Positions 10,645 to 21,349 of a stretch of DNA of 64,000 bases are shown here, piece by piece; within the stretch, counting starts at the first letter, position 1; every line of letters begins with the position of its first letter. The notes beneath the pieces were generated by a model, which saw only the letters and a list, made by a program, of their open reading frames with translations, made no database searches and was not told the origin of the DNA. This stretch comes from an uncultured cyanobacterium (GTDB lineage: Bacteria; Cyanobacteriota; Cyanobacteriia; Cyanobacteriales; CAWUOF01). The translations under genes and the position numbers were made by a program. Location of the stretch: the NCBI GenBank assembly GCA_963744145.1, contig CAVUSO010000001.1:6496001-6560000 (forward strand). Reading direction: 5' to 3'.

Positions 10645-11169
10645 TTAGCTTTTCGATAAAGCTAATAATTTAGTGCGAATATTTTCTATTCTTTGACGAT
10701 TAACACCTAAATCTGACTCTCCCAAGCGTGAAGCAGAACGAACTTGGATCAGGTGAGCATTTTCATCAACAAAAAATTCCACATCATCAACAAACCCCAT
10801 AATTTTGCTAGTAAATTCTACATAAAGATAATTTTCATCTTCGGTGATAATTTTTGTGTTCTCCCAAGATTGAATTATTTTTTTCAGATCGGCTAAGGTT
10901 TGGGTGGAGTTATTGATAATGGGTAAAGGTGCAATTTGATGGATGGGATTTTGACTTTGACTATTAACACAATTGGGAGAAGAAGGACAAGGTGCCAGTT
11001 TTCCTGATTCTATGCCCAAATTAGTGGGTCTAGGACCATTAAAAAGGGTGATCTGTCCAGGAAAAGCGAATCGCAATCCGAGCCAAAGGGTAATAATGAT
11101 TAGCAAAGACAGTATGATTAATAATACTTTGCTCAGGGTGGGATTGATTTTAAGTGCAAAAGTTGACAT
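10645..11169 (-). CDS. DUF1499-family protein
   Basis: LAPCPSSPNCV, GFVDDVEF, RSASRLGESDLGVNRQR. Confidence 0.9.
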   Translation of the reverse strand: MSTFALKINPTLSKVLLIILSLLIIITLWLGLRFAFPGQITLFNGPRPTNLGIESGKLAPCPSSPNCVNSQSQNPIHQIAPLPIINNSTQTLADLKKIIQSWENTKIITEDENYLYVEFTSKIMGFVDDVEFFVDENAHLIQVRSASRLGESDLGVNRQRIENIRTKLLALSKS

Positions 11170-11468
11170 AGATGATCACAAAAATTTGTCTAATTCAGTC
11201 ACAATTAGAAAGTATTATATTATTAACGGGTAATTGATTTCTTTGATATCTATCCGATCAGCAATTAAGCCAGGTTATAATGGGGGCTGATGGAGCAAAA
11301 ATATAAAAAGAACGGTTTAGGTATATTTCGGGGTGCCCTTAACCGTCCTTGTCTCAAGTGTATAGCTTATTGCCAGCACTTCTATTATCTTTTTACTGCC
11401 TATTTTTCTATTCGGCAATCTGGGAGGATTTCGGGGGTGAAATTCTCAGAATTTGGCAGGGCTGTTTC

Positions 11469-11567
11469 ATGACAAATAATTTAATTCTCATTACTTATAA
11501 TCTCAGAGAATTCCAGCGTGTTAATGGCTTACTTATTGAAGGTTGGGAGATAGGTAATGCGGGTTGA
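11469..11567 (+). pseudogene. C-terminal remnant of a VapC/PIN toxin
   Basis: TNNLILITYNLREFQRVNGLLIEGW resembles the VapC C-terminal motif. Confidence 0.6.
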
Positions 11568-11577
11568 CTTCTCCCCC

Positions 11578-11917
11578 CTAGGGTGTACACACAAGTTGAG
11601 ATAGAGTCAGGAGGGAAGGGAAGTAAGGAGAAAAAAGTAGTGGAAAATCCAATTTTAATTCATGTGCAACAATGTCAGGGAACAGCATTCCCAGACCCAA
11701 GACTGGGAAAAAGAGGGGCTTCATTATATACAGCGATGGCACAACATCAATCAGTAAATATTCGGAAAATCAGTAAAAATCGAGCCGAGCAAGTTGGATA
11801 TTACCGATTTTTAGGGAATGAGAATGTAAAAACTGGAGAATTAGTCGTAAGTTTAGGAGAGCATTGCGCCTTACAGGTAGATGGAAAACACCAGGTCTTA
11901 GCGATAAGTGATAGTAG
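11578..11917 (+). mobile_element. IS4-family (IS50/Tn5-like) left end and truncated transposase
   Basis: End sequence ...GGGTGTACACACAAG; FPDPRLGKRG...AEQVGYYRFLGNENV...VLAISDSS. Confidence 0.8.
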
Positions 11918-12058
11918 CCCTTCGACTACGCCCCCTTCGACTACGCTCAGGGTAAACTTCGACTACGCTCAGGGTAAACTTCGACTACGCCCTTCGACTT
12001 CGCTCAGGGTAAACTCAGGGTAAACTCAGGGAACACTCAGGACAAGCGCTCAACACAA
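11918..12058. repeat. Nested array of 24-nt small dispersed repeats (CCCTTCGACTACGCTCAGGGTAAA)
   Basis: Stacked left halves (TTCGACTACG) followed by stacked right halves (CTCAGGGTAAA). Confidence 0.85.
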
Positions 12059-13106
12059 GTTTTTTCAATCTTTTCAATCCTATTTTTACCGTATTACTGG
12101 TTTCATAAATATCTCTTAATTCTTCTTTCAAATCATCAGCAATCCTTAAACAAGGAGAGCAATTCAATAATTGTTCCAGCTCGATTTTTTCTGATTCAGT
12201 TAAATTGCTAGCATTTTGAAGAAGTAAGTAGCGATTTTTTAAACCTTTTAAATTTAACATAAATCGGATTTTATTGACAGCCTTATTTACTAGCTGCATG
12301 ACATGAAACCTGTCAATTACAATTAAGGCATGAGGAAAAACTTCTTTTATAACTTTCGGAAAACCGCCCCACATATCTATGTACGGGCGTATTGCAATAC
12401 GCCCCTACCCCTTAACATTCTCCCTTATAGTAAGGGGTTGAGTCTTTAAGACTTCTATAATCTCATCACTTTTATGGGAATCTATAACTTCTAATAATGA
12501 CCCTTGATCAAGGTCACTAACTACCGTAACAAACTCTTGTGTTGAGCGGAGTCGAAACATTCCTTTTCCTTTTTCTTTACTGAATTCATCTAAACTCAGT
12601 CTTTCTGGTAGCAACCAGTCTTTTTTTTAGTTTTGGCAATTCTTGAAAAGATATTTTGCACTTGTTCTGCACTTAATTGTTCATGACGACTCACTTGCTC
12701 TACTGTTAATTCTTTGACTCGCTCATAAATATATTCCTCGGATATCTTAGTATAATTACGACCTTTTTCTACAAAATCTAAAGCTTCGGTTGAGTATTTT
12801 TTACAAGATGGACAATAAATTTGTCGTCTTGGTACTTGGAGATATACTCCTTGACCACAAATTGATAAATCCCTGACTAAAATCGGACGAATTTGATGGA
12901 TTTCATCCGTCGATTTTCCGCAGTAAACACAACTAATTTTATCGTTCAATAAATCCAGTTTTAGAATCGTGAATTCTTCTTTCTGGTAACAAGTAAAAAC
13001 TGTTACATTAGGCAAATTTAGTAAAATATCTAGATGCAAGTCCATTTTTGACCACTTAGTAAAATGTATTAGCAGTTACATTTTACTACGAAATGCTGAA
13101 AGAGCC
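12059..13106 (-). mobile_element. ISL3-family element, truncated; transposase pseudogene in three ORFs (12596-13045, 12405-12614, ~12059-12374)
   Basis: Left end GGCTCTTTCAG at 13106; zinc finger CVYC..CPSC; LSLDEF, DMWGGF, IDRFHVM; A8G slippery run at 12620-12628. Confidence 0.9.
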
Positions 13107-16100
13107 AATGTGGTCAAGAATATTATCATGTTTGTCGCGATCGCTATAAAAATCAAATTACACCTGCATTATCTACCAGTCTACATACAGAAACAGATGA
13201 GGATATCCAAGAAGGTTATCTAGTTCTCGATTAAGATGAAATCTGGAAATCTGAATATGAAGATCGTCTTCCAGATGGTTGGTTTAATACCACTAAACGG
13301 GGAGGAAGAAAAATCAGCGCAGATAAACAAAAATTTATTCCCGAAAAGTTATTTGTTTTTCCCAATGGTGAATCTAAAGATATCAGAATTAGTCAAAAAT
13401 CGGAACATCCCACCGCTAGTTGGTTTATCCCTAAACCCTTTTTAACTTGCTTACAGTGTGGAGTAGTTTACGATCAGAAAAAGAATGAATTTGCTAAATT
13501 ATCTCGTCTAAGTTCAGAAGGTCGTAGTACCGCGACAACGTTATTATGTTTATCAACCGTTAGCAGTTTAAAATCTGCTACTGCTAAACCTATCTCAGCT
13601 AAAGTTCTCAGTTTTACCGATAACCGTCAAGATGCTTCTTTACAAGCGGGTCACTTTAATGATTTTGTCCAAACCAGTTTTTTAAGAGCTAGTTTAAATG
13701 GAGCATTACAAACTCGAAAATCCCTAACTCATCAAGATTTAGCTTCAGAAGTAGTGAAACAAATGGGGTTAACTCAAGCAGATTATGCTCAACAAGAAGC
13801 ATCCTTTAGCGATCGCAACGCTCAAGCATTTTTACATTTAATCGAATACCGACTTTATGAAGATTTACGTCGAGGTTGGCGCATTGTTCAACCAAATTTA
13901 GAACAATATGGATTATTAGTAATTGCATATAAAGATTTAGAAGATAATTGCCAAAAATCTGAATTATGGCAAAGTTTTCCCCATCCTATTTTATTAAAAG
14001 CTACTCCAGAACAACGTTTTATTGTCATTAAAACTTTCCTTAACCAATTGCGTCGCGATTTATACCAATTAACTATGAAATTGCACTTAATCTGAGGTTG
14101 ATCTGTTAGAGTTCAGGGCAGGTTTATAATGGTGATCTGTTGGTGGCAAAATTGACTGGTGAACCTGCCCCTACCAATTTTATCCTCAATTTGCGGATTT
14201 CTGTAGTAGGGGCGGGTTCGCCCAGATTTTTGAAATTTACCAATTAATTAGAAAAACCCGCCCGGGTTCACCGAGATGTTTGACATTTACCTACTAATCA
14301 TCAAAACCCACCCTCACCCACAGATCAATATACATCAATGTATCTTCATGGTGAATTGGTATTAGTCATTGATGCGAAATTCCTCCAAAATGAAGAATTA
14401 GAAAAACTTAAACGTGAAGTAAACCAAGCATTAAAAGAACCTTGGACGATCGAATTAAATCAAAGACTGCATCAAGCAGGAATTGCTACTTTAATTAAAG
14501 GAAGTAATAAAGGTAGAGATCATAGTAAAATCAAACTCACTTCTAACAGTAAAATTGGTCGCTTTCTCCGGTCTAATCGTGCTTGGTCTTGGTTGAATGT
14601 CAATTTATCATAATTAGAGTATGAAGGTTTAATTGCAGCTTTAATTAATATTCTTTGTGCTTCAGCTTATTTAAACAAAATTAATAATGGGGTGCAACTC
14701 AGAGTAGATTCTATTATTTGGAAAGCGGAAAATCTCTCCGAAATTCCCTCTGATATTCTGACCAGTTGCTCAAGGTAGCGGTCGAGCGGGAAGAGATGGA
14801 CAACCTGCTCTAGTAATTACCTACGCTTCAGCAGGAAGTGGACATGATCAATACTTTTATCGTCGTCAACAACAAATGGTAGCAGGAATTGTGACACCAC
14901 CAAAATTAGAATTAGCAAATCCTGATTTAATTAAATCTCATATTTACTCCCTCTGGTTATCCTATACAGGTGCAAGTTTAGGGGAGTCGATGAATACAAT
15001 CTTAGATTTAGATACCATCTCCTATCCCCTCAAAGAAAGTTTAAAAGCACAAATCACCCTAACTCCAGCAAGATTAAATGAATGTTTACAAGCACTAGAG
15101 ATAATTTTAGCCGATCGATTTTGTCAACAAGATTTAGCCAAAACCAGTTGGTATTCTACAGATTGGTTAGAAACAACTTTAAATCAAGCGGTAAAAGCTT
15201 TTGATCGAGCTTGCGATCGCTGGAGATCGCTCTATGAAGAAGCAGCTAAACAATTACAAGAAGCCAGAAATATTATTGACCGTTCCCGAGCAGGAGGAAT
15301 TACTAAAGAAGAATACCAGAAAGCTGAAAATACGGAAAAAGAAGCTAAACGACAAATGGAACTATTAACTGGTCAAGCTAATTCCTATAGAAATGCTAGT
15401 AACTTGGAATTTTATCCCTATCGTTATTTTGCTTCGGAAGGATTTTTACCAGGATTTAATTTTCCACGACTCCCAGTAAGAGCTTTTATCAATTATGGAG
15501 ATAAGAGTGATTTTCTGTCGCGATCGCGGATTGTCGCAATTAGAGAATTTGCACCGCGAAACATCGTTTATTATGAAGGAAATAAATTTCAAATTAACCG
15601 CACTAAAATTCCGATCCGTGGTTTAAACTTTGAGCAAATTGCGATTTGTGCTAAATGTGGATATTTCCATAAAGGAGATACCTCCCATCGAGATACTTGT
15701 GAAAACTGTAATACCAGATTAGTCGCAGATGCTGCGGGAAATCCTGCTTATTTACCAAAAGTATTACCAATGGATACAGTTTTTACTCAACGACGAGAAC
15801 GAATTACTTGTGATGAAGAAGAACGGTTAAAATATGGTTATAATATCACCACTCATTTTCGCTACACTAAAAAAGAACCCGATCTAGCTGAAGCGATCGC
15901 TAATGATGGGACAGAATTATTAAAATTAACCTTGGGAGAAGCTGACTGTAAACCAGATTTTATCTATAATGATGCTAAAATTGCCCTATTTTGTGATGGT
16001 TCAGTACATGATCATCCAGAACAGAGTCAACAAGATCAAATTAATCGAGCTGATTTGGAATTTACTACAGGTTATACCGTGATGGTTATTCGTTATGATG

Positions 16101-16144
16101 ATAGCTTAGAAGCTAAGTTAAATGAATTAGCAAGTCAGATTTGA
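13107..16144 (+). pseudogene. Fragmented large DEAD/DEAH-box helicase with C-terminal DUF559/Vsr-like nuclease domain
   Basis: Begins CGQEYY right after the ISL3 end; KVLSFTDNRQDASLQAGHFNDF; SGRAGR; EGFLPGFNFPRLP; KPDFIY..ALFCDGSVHD; in-frame stops, MITE insertion and internal deletions. Confidence 0.85.
14063..14361. mobile_element. MITE (TACCAATT...AATTGGTA) with TTA target duplication
   Basis: TTA at 14060-62 and 14362-64; excision rejoins RRDL-VIDAKF in frame; internal REP-like hairpins. Confidence 0.85.
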
Positions 16145-16235
16145 AATAATTTATTAGGAATTAGCGATCACCACTGCTTTGATAGCGATCGCCAGCCCAA
16201 TGATCAAGCTGAATGCTGATCAGAAGTCATCCCAA

Positions 16236-18863
16236 TTATTGATATTCAGCATACTGCTGAATTAATTTAGCCACTAAACCTGTCCACCCGGTCTGATGAT
16301 TAGCGCCAACTCCTGTACCATTATCGCCGTGAAAATACTCAAAATAAAGCAAATAATCGCGCCAGTGGGGATCATTTTGGAATTTTTCAATTGTTCCATA
16401 TACAGGACGATGCCCATTCTGATCGCGCAAAAAAGTCCGAATTAAGCGTGCTTCAATTTCTAGAGCTACTTCCCACAAATTCAAAAATTTATTTGAACCA
16501 GTTGGACATTCTATTTTAAAGTCATCACCAAGATAGTGGTAGAACTTTTGCAGCGATTCGATCAAGAGAAAATTGACAGGAAACCACACCGGACCTCGCC
16601 AATTTGAATTGCCACCAAACAGCCCAGAACTTGATTCTGCGGGTTCATAATCTACCCGATATTGACTGCCATTAGTGGTAAAAATATAGGGATGATCATG
16701 ATGATAGCGAGAGAGTGCGCGGATGCCATAGTCCCCTAAAAATTCCTGTTCATCCAGAAGTTTAGATAGAATTTCCCCAAGACGTTCTTTCCAAACAATA
16801 GATAGAAGTCTGCGTTCTTTTTTTCCTGGAGTACGCATACAAGCAACATTCTTACGCAGATCTTTGCGATTATCAATAAACCATTCTAATCGATTCCGAA
16901 ATCCGGATACTTTTTCCATTACTTCCGGTTCCAGAGTCATAACCGCAAATAAAGGAATTAACCCTACCATTGATCGCACTTTTAAGTGTATAGATTGGTC
17001 ATTGGGAAGTTTAAGGACATCATAATAAAATTGATCTTCCTGATCCCAAAGTTCGGTGCCGTTGTTGCCCATGTGGTTCATAGCATTGGCAATATAGAGG
17101 AAATGCTCAAAAAATTTAGTTGCCATATCCTCATATACTGGATTAGTCAATGCTAGTTCTAAGGCGATCGTCAGCATATTCAGACAATACATCCCCATCC
17201 AACTGGTGCCATCTGATTGTTCAATATATCCACCTGTGGGTAAGGGTGCGCTGCGATCAAAAACACCAATGTTATCTAATCCCAGAAATCCACCTTCAAA
17301 AACGTTATTTCCTTCTAAATCCTTACGATTAACCCACCAAGTAAAGTTCATCAGTAATTTCTGAAATACGCGCTCCAAGAATTGCAGATCGCCTTTACCT
17401 GTAAGCTTTTCCTCAATCTTATATACTCGCCAGGTTGCCCAAGCATGAACGGGGGGATTAACATCACTGAAATTCCATTCATAGGCGGGCATTTGTCCAT
17501 TTGGGTGCATATACCATTCACGGGTCATCAAATCCAATTGATTTTTGGCAAATTCTGGATCGATTGTTGCCAAAGGAATGGCATGAAACGCCAAGTCCCA
17601 TGCAGCAAACCAAGGATACTCCCATTTATCTGGCATTGATAACACTTCTGCATTATTCAAATGTAGCCATTGGTAATTACGCACACGATGCCTTTCCAGA
17701 GCAGGAGATGGCTGATTAACATCCCCTCTTAGCCAGTCAGTGACATCGTAATAAAAAAATTGCTTGCTCCAGAGCATCCCCGCGTAGGCTTGACGTTGTA
17801 CTCTACGCATATCTTCATCCATGTCAGATGTTGTGACAGTCTGATAGAAAGCATCTGCCTCACTTTGACGCTGGGTAAAAATATCAGCGAATTCCTGACC
17901 AAAGGGAGTCTGAAGATCGCCATTATCCACTAATCGCAACTGGATCGTATGGGTGGTCTGTCCAGGGATTGTGAGATGATAAAGAGCGCCAGCTTTTGTG
18001 CCCAATTGTTTTGGGTTGATAGCTGTCTTTTCATCGTGAATAATATATCTATGGAAAGCGTCTTTCACGTAGGGAGAAGGATTAGCAGTACCATAAAGAC
18101 GTTGAAAATTTGTCTCATTCTCTGTAAAGAGTAAAGAATTTGCATCTTGGCAATAAAGCCAGCGTTTTCCTAATTTTGGATGTTCTGCTTCGATGGTCTG
18201 CTCGGAAATTGCTTTCAGGGAAGGTTTTAGATGATCAGGCTCCCATGACCAAATATTGCGAAACCACAGTGTAGGTAAGACATCGAGAGTAGCTGCTTCG
18301 GTACTACGATTGGCAATATGAATTTGAATCACGATGTCTTCGGGACTGGTCTTGGCATATTCTATGAAGATATCGAAATAACGATCATTGTCGAAAACTC
18401 CAGTATCCAAGAGTTCGCATTCGGGTTGGCGGCGATCGCGTCTACGGTTCTCAGCAACTAAATAATCGTAGGGATAGGCTACCTGGGGATATTTATAGAG
18501 ATATTTCATGTAGGAATGGGTAGGCGTACTATCTAGGTAGAAGTAATACTCCTTCACATCTTCGCCATGATTCCCTTCGCTTCCTGTCAAACCAAACATC
18601 CGTTCTTTGAGAATTGGATCTTTTCCATTCCAAAGAGCGATCGCAAAACAAAGAAGCTGCTGATCATCAGAAATACCACCAATACCATCTTCACCCCAGC
18701 GATAAGTTCGCGATCGCGCCTGATCGTGGGTAAAGTAATCCCAAGCCGTACCATGAGGACTGTAATCTTCCCGCACCGTTCCCCATTGACGCTCGGCTAG
18801 ATATGGACCCCAATGTTTCCAGCCAGATGCTTGTAATCGTTTGCCTTCGGCAGTATTGAACAT
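16236..18863 (-). CDS. GH63/MGH1-like glycoside hydrolase
   Basis: [48 protein letters not shown]. Confidence 0.9.
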   Translation of the reverse strand: MFNTAEGKRLQASGWKHWGPYLAERQWGTVREDYSPHGTAWDYFTHDQARSRTYRWGEDGIGGISDDQQLLCFAIALWNGKDPILKERMFGLTGSEGNHGEDVKEYYFYLDSTPTHSYMKYLYKYPQVAYPYDYLVAENRRRDRRQPECELLDTGVFDNDRYFDIFIEYAKTSPEDIVIQIHIANRSTEAATLDVLPTLWFRNIWSWEPDHLKPSLKAISEQTIEAEHPKLGKRWLYCQDANSLLFTENETNFQRLYGTANPSPYVKDAFHRYIIHDEKTAINPKQLGTKAGALYHLTIPGQTTHTIQLRLVDNGDLQTPFGQEFADIFTQRQSEADAFYQTVTTSDMDEDMRRVQRQAYAGMLWSKQFFYYDVTDWLRGDVNQPSPALERHRVRNYQWLHLNNAEVLSMPDKWEYPWFAAWDLAFHAIPLATIDPEFAKNQLDLMTREWYMHPNGQMPAYEWNFSDVNPPVHAWATWRVYKIEEKLTGKGDLQFLERVFQKLLMNFTWWVNRKDLEGNNVFEGGFLGLDNIGVFDRSAPLPTGGYIEQSDGTSWMGMYCLNMLTIALELALTNPVYEDMATKFFEHFLYIANAMNHMGNNGTELWDQEDQFYYDVLKLPNDQSIHLKVRSMVGLIPLFAVMTLEPEVMEKVSGFRNRLEWFIDNRKDLRKNVACMRTPGKKERRLLSIVWKERLGEILSKLLDEQEFLGDYGIRALSRYHHDHPYIFTTNGSQYRVDYEPAESSSGLFGGNSNWRGPVWFPVNFLLIESLQKFYHYLGDDFKIECPTGSNKFLNLWEVALEIEARLIRTFLRDQNGHRPVYGTIEKFQNDPHWRDYLLYFEYFHGDNGTGVGANHQTGWTGLVAKLIQQYAEYQ

Positions 18864-18899
18864 TCTTTTTTCCCTCTGAATCTATAACTGTAAAAATTT

Positions 18900-19697
18900 C
18901 TAAACCTTTAAAATAGTTCGATTTGCGCTCAATGCCGCATTTAAGAAAGCTTGTAACTTCTCAGCATCAATATCTCCTATTTCCTGGGCGGTTAGGACTG
19001 CTCCTGTCCATTCTTGGGTGTGCCAAGAACCTAAGGTCAGAGAGGGAAGATCCTCAATAGCAGGATAAGGCCAGAGAGTTACATACCAGTAAGGCATAGC
19101 ATAACTTTGGTCACCAGGGGAAAGACCAACACCGATACTTTTCTCCTCTGGAAAAGAGAGTAGCAGAGCCATATCGAAATGATGAGGCCAAATGCAGACC
19201 CCAGAAGCCTGGGGATTATTGAGCGCAATTTCTTGTAAGGGTTTATAAGACACACTATAGTATTGCGCTAAAGCTTCCCTGTCTTCAGATCCAGCAGTAG
19301 AAAATATTCCGCCAAGAGCGATCGGATGGAACGGAAAGTCATAGGGAGGATAGGTCAGGGGAGCGATCGCTGTTCCATCGATCGAAAACTGGGCTAATGT
19401 GGCGCGAAGCCAGGAAAATCCTTCGACGATCGTAGTTCCGCCCAAGGAAAATGATGCAAGCACTGTTCCTTCCCCATCTAAGATCAGAGACTCTAATGGT
19501 CCTGGATTTAATGCTACCCGGATCGAATGGGAAGGACCCAGAGGTTTGGTTTGGAAATATCCCTTTTCTAGATTCCACTCCAAAGCAGTATGAGAATAGT
19601 CGGGTTCAGCAGGAACCAGCACAGCAGCAGTCGCTGCCATAAATTGAATCGCATAGTGGAGTTGCAGTCTACTTTCAAGCAAAGATTTAGGATTCAT
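18900..19697 (-). CDS. Hypothetical protein (DUF5996-like)
   Basis: IWPHHFD, GLSPGD...PYWYV. Confidence 0.65.
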   Translation of the reverse strand: MNPKSLLESRLQLHYAIQFMAATAAVLVPAEPDYSHTALEWNLEKGYFQTKPLGPSHSIRVALNPGPLESLILDGEGTVLASFSLGGTTIVEGFSWLRATLAQFSIDGTAIAPLTYPPYDFPFHPIALGGIFSTAGSEDREALAQYYSVSYKPLQEIALNNPQASGVCIWPHHFDMALLLSFPEEKSIGVGLSPGDQSYAMPYWYVTLWPYPAIEDLPSLTLGSWHTQEWTGAVLTAQEIGDIDAEKLQAFLNAALSANRTILKV

Positions 19698-19759
19698 ACC
19701 AACCTAGTTATTGTGATTAAGAACTGATGTTTAGACTAATCTTGTCTTTCCCGCTGTGG

Positions 19760-21328
19760 CTAGCTGGTCATGCGCTCCAAAATATGATCTCCTACTCGCA
19801 GAGCATTGGCGATAATGGTTAGGGTGGGATTAACTGCTCCACTGGAGGGGAAGAAACTGCCATCTACAACATAGAGATTATCTAGATCATGAGTACGACA
19901 GTTAAGATCGAGAACTGAGGTTTGAGGATCTTCACCGAAACGGCAAGTGCCCACCTGATGTCCTACGCCATCTACGGGTAACTTACTAGTGAAATATTGC
20001 TTGGAACCTTTGATAAAGTAAGTGGAGTGAGAGTGAACTGATTCTGCACATTCGATCGATTTGAGAATTTCGATCCAACGCTGCTCTAGTCGGGCATAGG
20101 GTTCAGAATTATTTTCCTGATAGTGCAGGAGAATTCGATCACCATCAACCAAAACGCGATTGTTGGGATCGGGCAAGTCTTCTGTTGTCAACCACCAGTC
20201 AATGGAATGTGAGGCAACTTCTTCAGGAGTCAGAGGAGCATACTGAGCTGCATTACCTGCTAGCATTTCCTGACTCACCTTACCCAAGGTTTGAATTTGT
20301 CCCATTGGATAGGGATAGTCCGCTTCACCCCAATAGAAATCATTGATCGATAGGGTTTTCTGAAAGACAGTTGGATTTGACTTTTTGGCAACTCCAATCA
20401 CCGAACCAAGAACGTGCTTCATGAAGTTCCGCCCCACTAGGTCAGAACTATTAGCGAGTCCTTGGGGATGACGATCATTGGCAGAACGTAACAAAATAGC
20501 CGTAGAATTTACCGCACCACAGGCGATCACGATAATATCCCCACGAAACCGTCGTTGTTCACCGCCGATTGTTGCCTCTACCTCAGTCACCTCTTTTCCA
20601 GAGGCATTGGTGTACAGTTTTTCTACCTTCGCTTCCGTCAGTAAGGTAATGTTATTTTGGGAGACAATTGGCAAAATGCCTGTCACTTCGGCATCGGATT
20701 TGGCGTGAACTAAACAAGGAAAGCCATCGCAGGTACTACAGCGAATGCAAGCACTCAAAAACTTTTGCGCCTCGTTGAGATGAATTCCCATCGGTGTCGA
20801 GTAGGGATGGAGTCCAGTACCCTCCAACAGCTCCTTCACCTCTTGGATACGCGGTTCATGGCTGACAGATGGATAGAAGAAATCGCGACTACGTGGCGGT
20901 TCCGTTGGATCGACCCCTTGCCGTCCGTGGACTTGATAGAGTTCTTCGGCCTGGGTATAGTAGGGCTCAAAGTCTTTATACTTCAAAGGCCATGCGGGCG
21001 AGATGCCGTCTTTGTGGCTAAACTCCTCAAAATCCCGCTCTCGTAGACGAAATAGGGCAGCACCATAGACTTTTGTATTGCCACCGACAAAGTAGCTCAT
21101 GCCGGGATGGAGTTCTTTGCCTTCCTGATCGTACCAAACCTCGTTATTGTGATAGCGATCGCTATTAATTACAGTCTGTACATCCCAGTTGTTTTTCTCC
21201 CGGGGCAAAAACGGTCCTCTTTCCAAGATCAGAATCCGTTTGCCACTGGGAGCAAGACGATAGGCCAGAGTGCCACCAGCAGCCCCTGTCCCAATGATAA
21301 TGATATCGTAGTGATTCTCTATTGTCAT
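19760..21328 (-). CDS. GMC-family flavin oxidoreductase
   Basis: IIIGTGAAGG, CIRCSTCDGFPC, HQVGTCRFG, VNPTLTIIANA. Confidence 0.92.
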   Translation of the reverse strand: MTIENHYDIIIIGTGAAGGTLAYRLAPSGKRILILERGPFLPREKNNWDVQTVINSDRYHNNEVWYDQEGKELHPGMSYFVGGNTKVYGAALFRLRERDFEEFSHKDGISPAWPLKYKDFEPYYTQAEELYQVHGRQGVDPTEPPRSRDFFYPSVSHEPRIQEVKELLEGTGLHPYSTPMGIHLNEAQKFLSACIRCSTCDGFPCLVHAKSDAEVTGILPIVSQNNITLLTEAKVEKLYTNASGKEVTEVEATIGGEQRRFRGDIIVIACGAVNSTAILLRSANDRHPQGLANSSDLVGRNFMKHVLGSVIGVAKKSNPTVFQKTLSINDFYWGEADYPYPMGQIQTLGKVSQEMLAGNAAQYAPLTPEEVASHSIDWWLTTEDLPDPNNRVLVDGDRILLHYQENNSEPYARLEQRWIEILKSIECAESVHSHSTYFIKGSKQYFTSKLPVDGVGHQVGTCRFGEDPQTSVLDLNCRTHDLDNLYVVDGSFFPSSGAVNPTLTIIANALRVGDHILERMTS

Positions 21329-21349
21329 TTTTTCTCTCTTTGGTTAGGG

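Noticed and set aside
11290..11468. Possible ncRNA or IS end (hairpin AAGAACGGTT..AACCGTCCTT)
   Set aside because: A hairpin is present, but no partner end, TSD or family could be established.
11918..12058. Possible CRISPR array
   Set aside because: Repeats are nested halves with no unique spacers, and there are no cas genes.
13137..13144. HIP1 as the helicase truncation point
   Set aside because: Helicase-like sequence (CGQEYY) continues upstream to the ISL3 end at 13106.
13107..16144. Functional DISARM or Druantia system
   Set aside because: The gene is fragmented and no partner genes are present.
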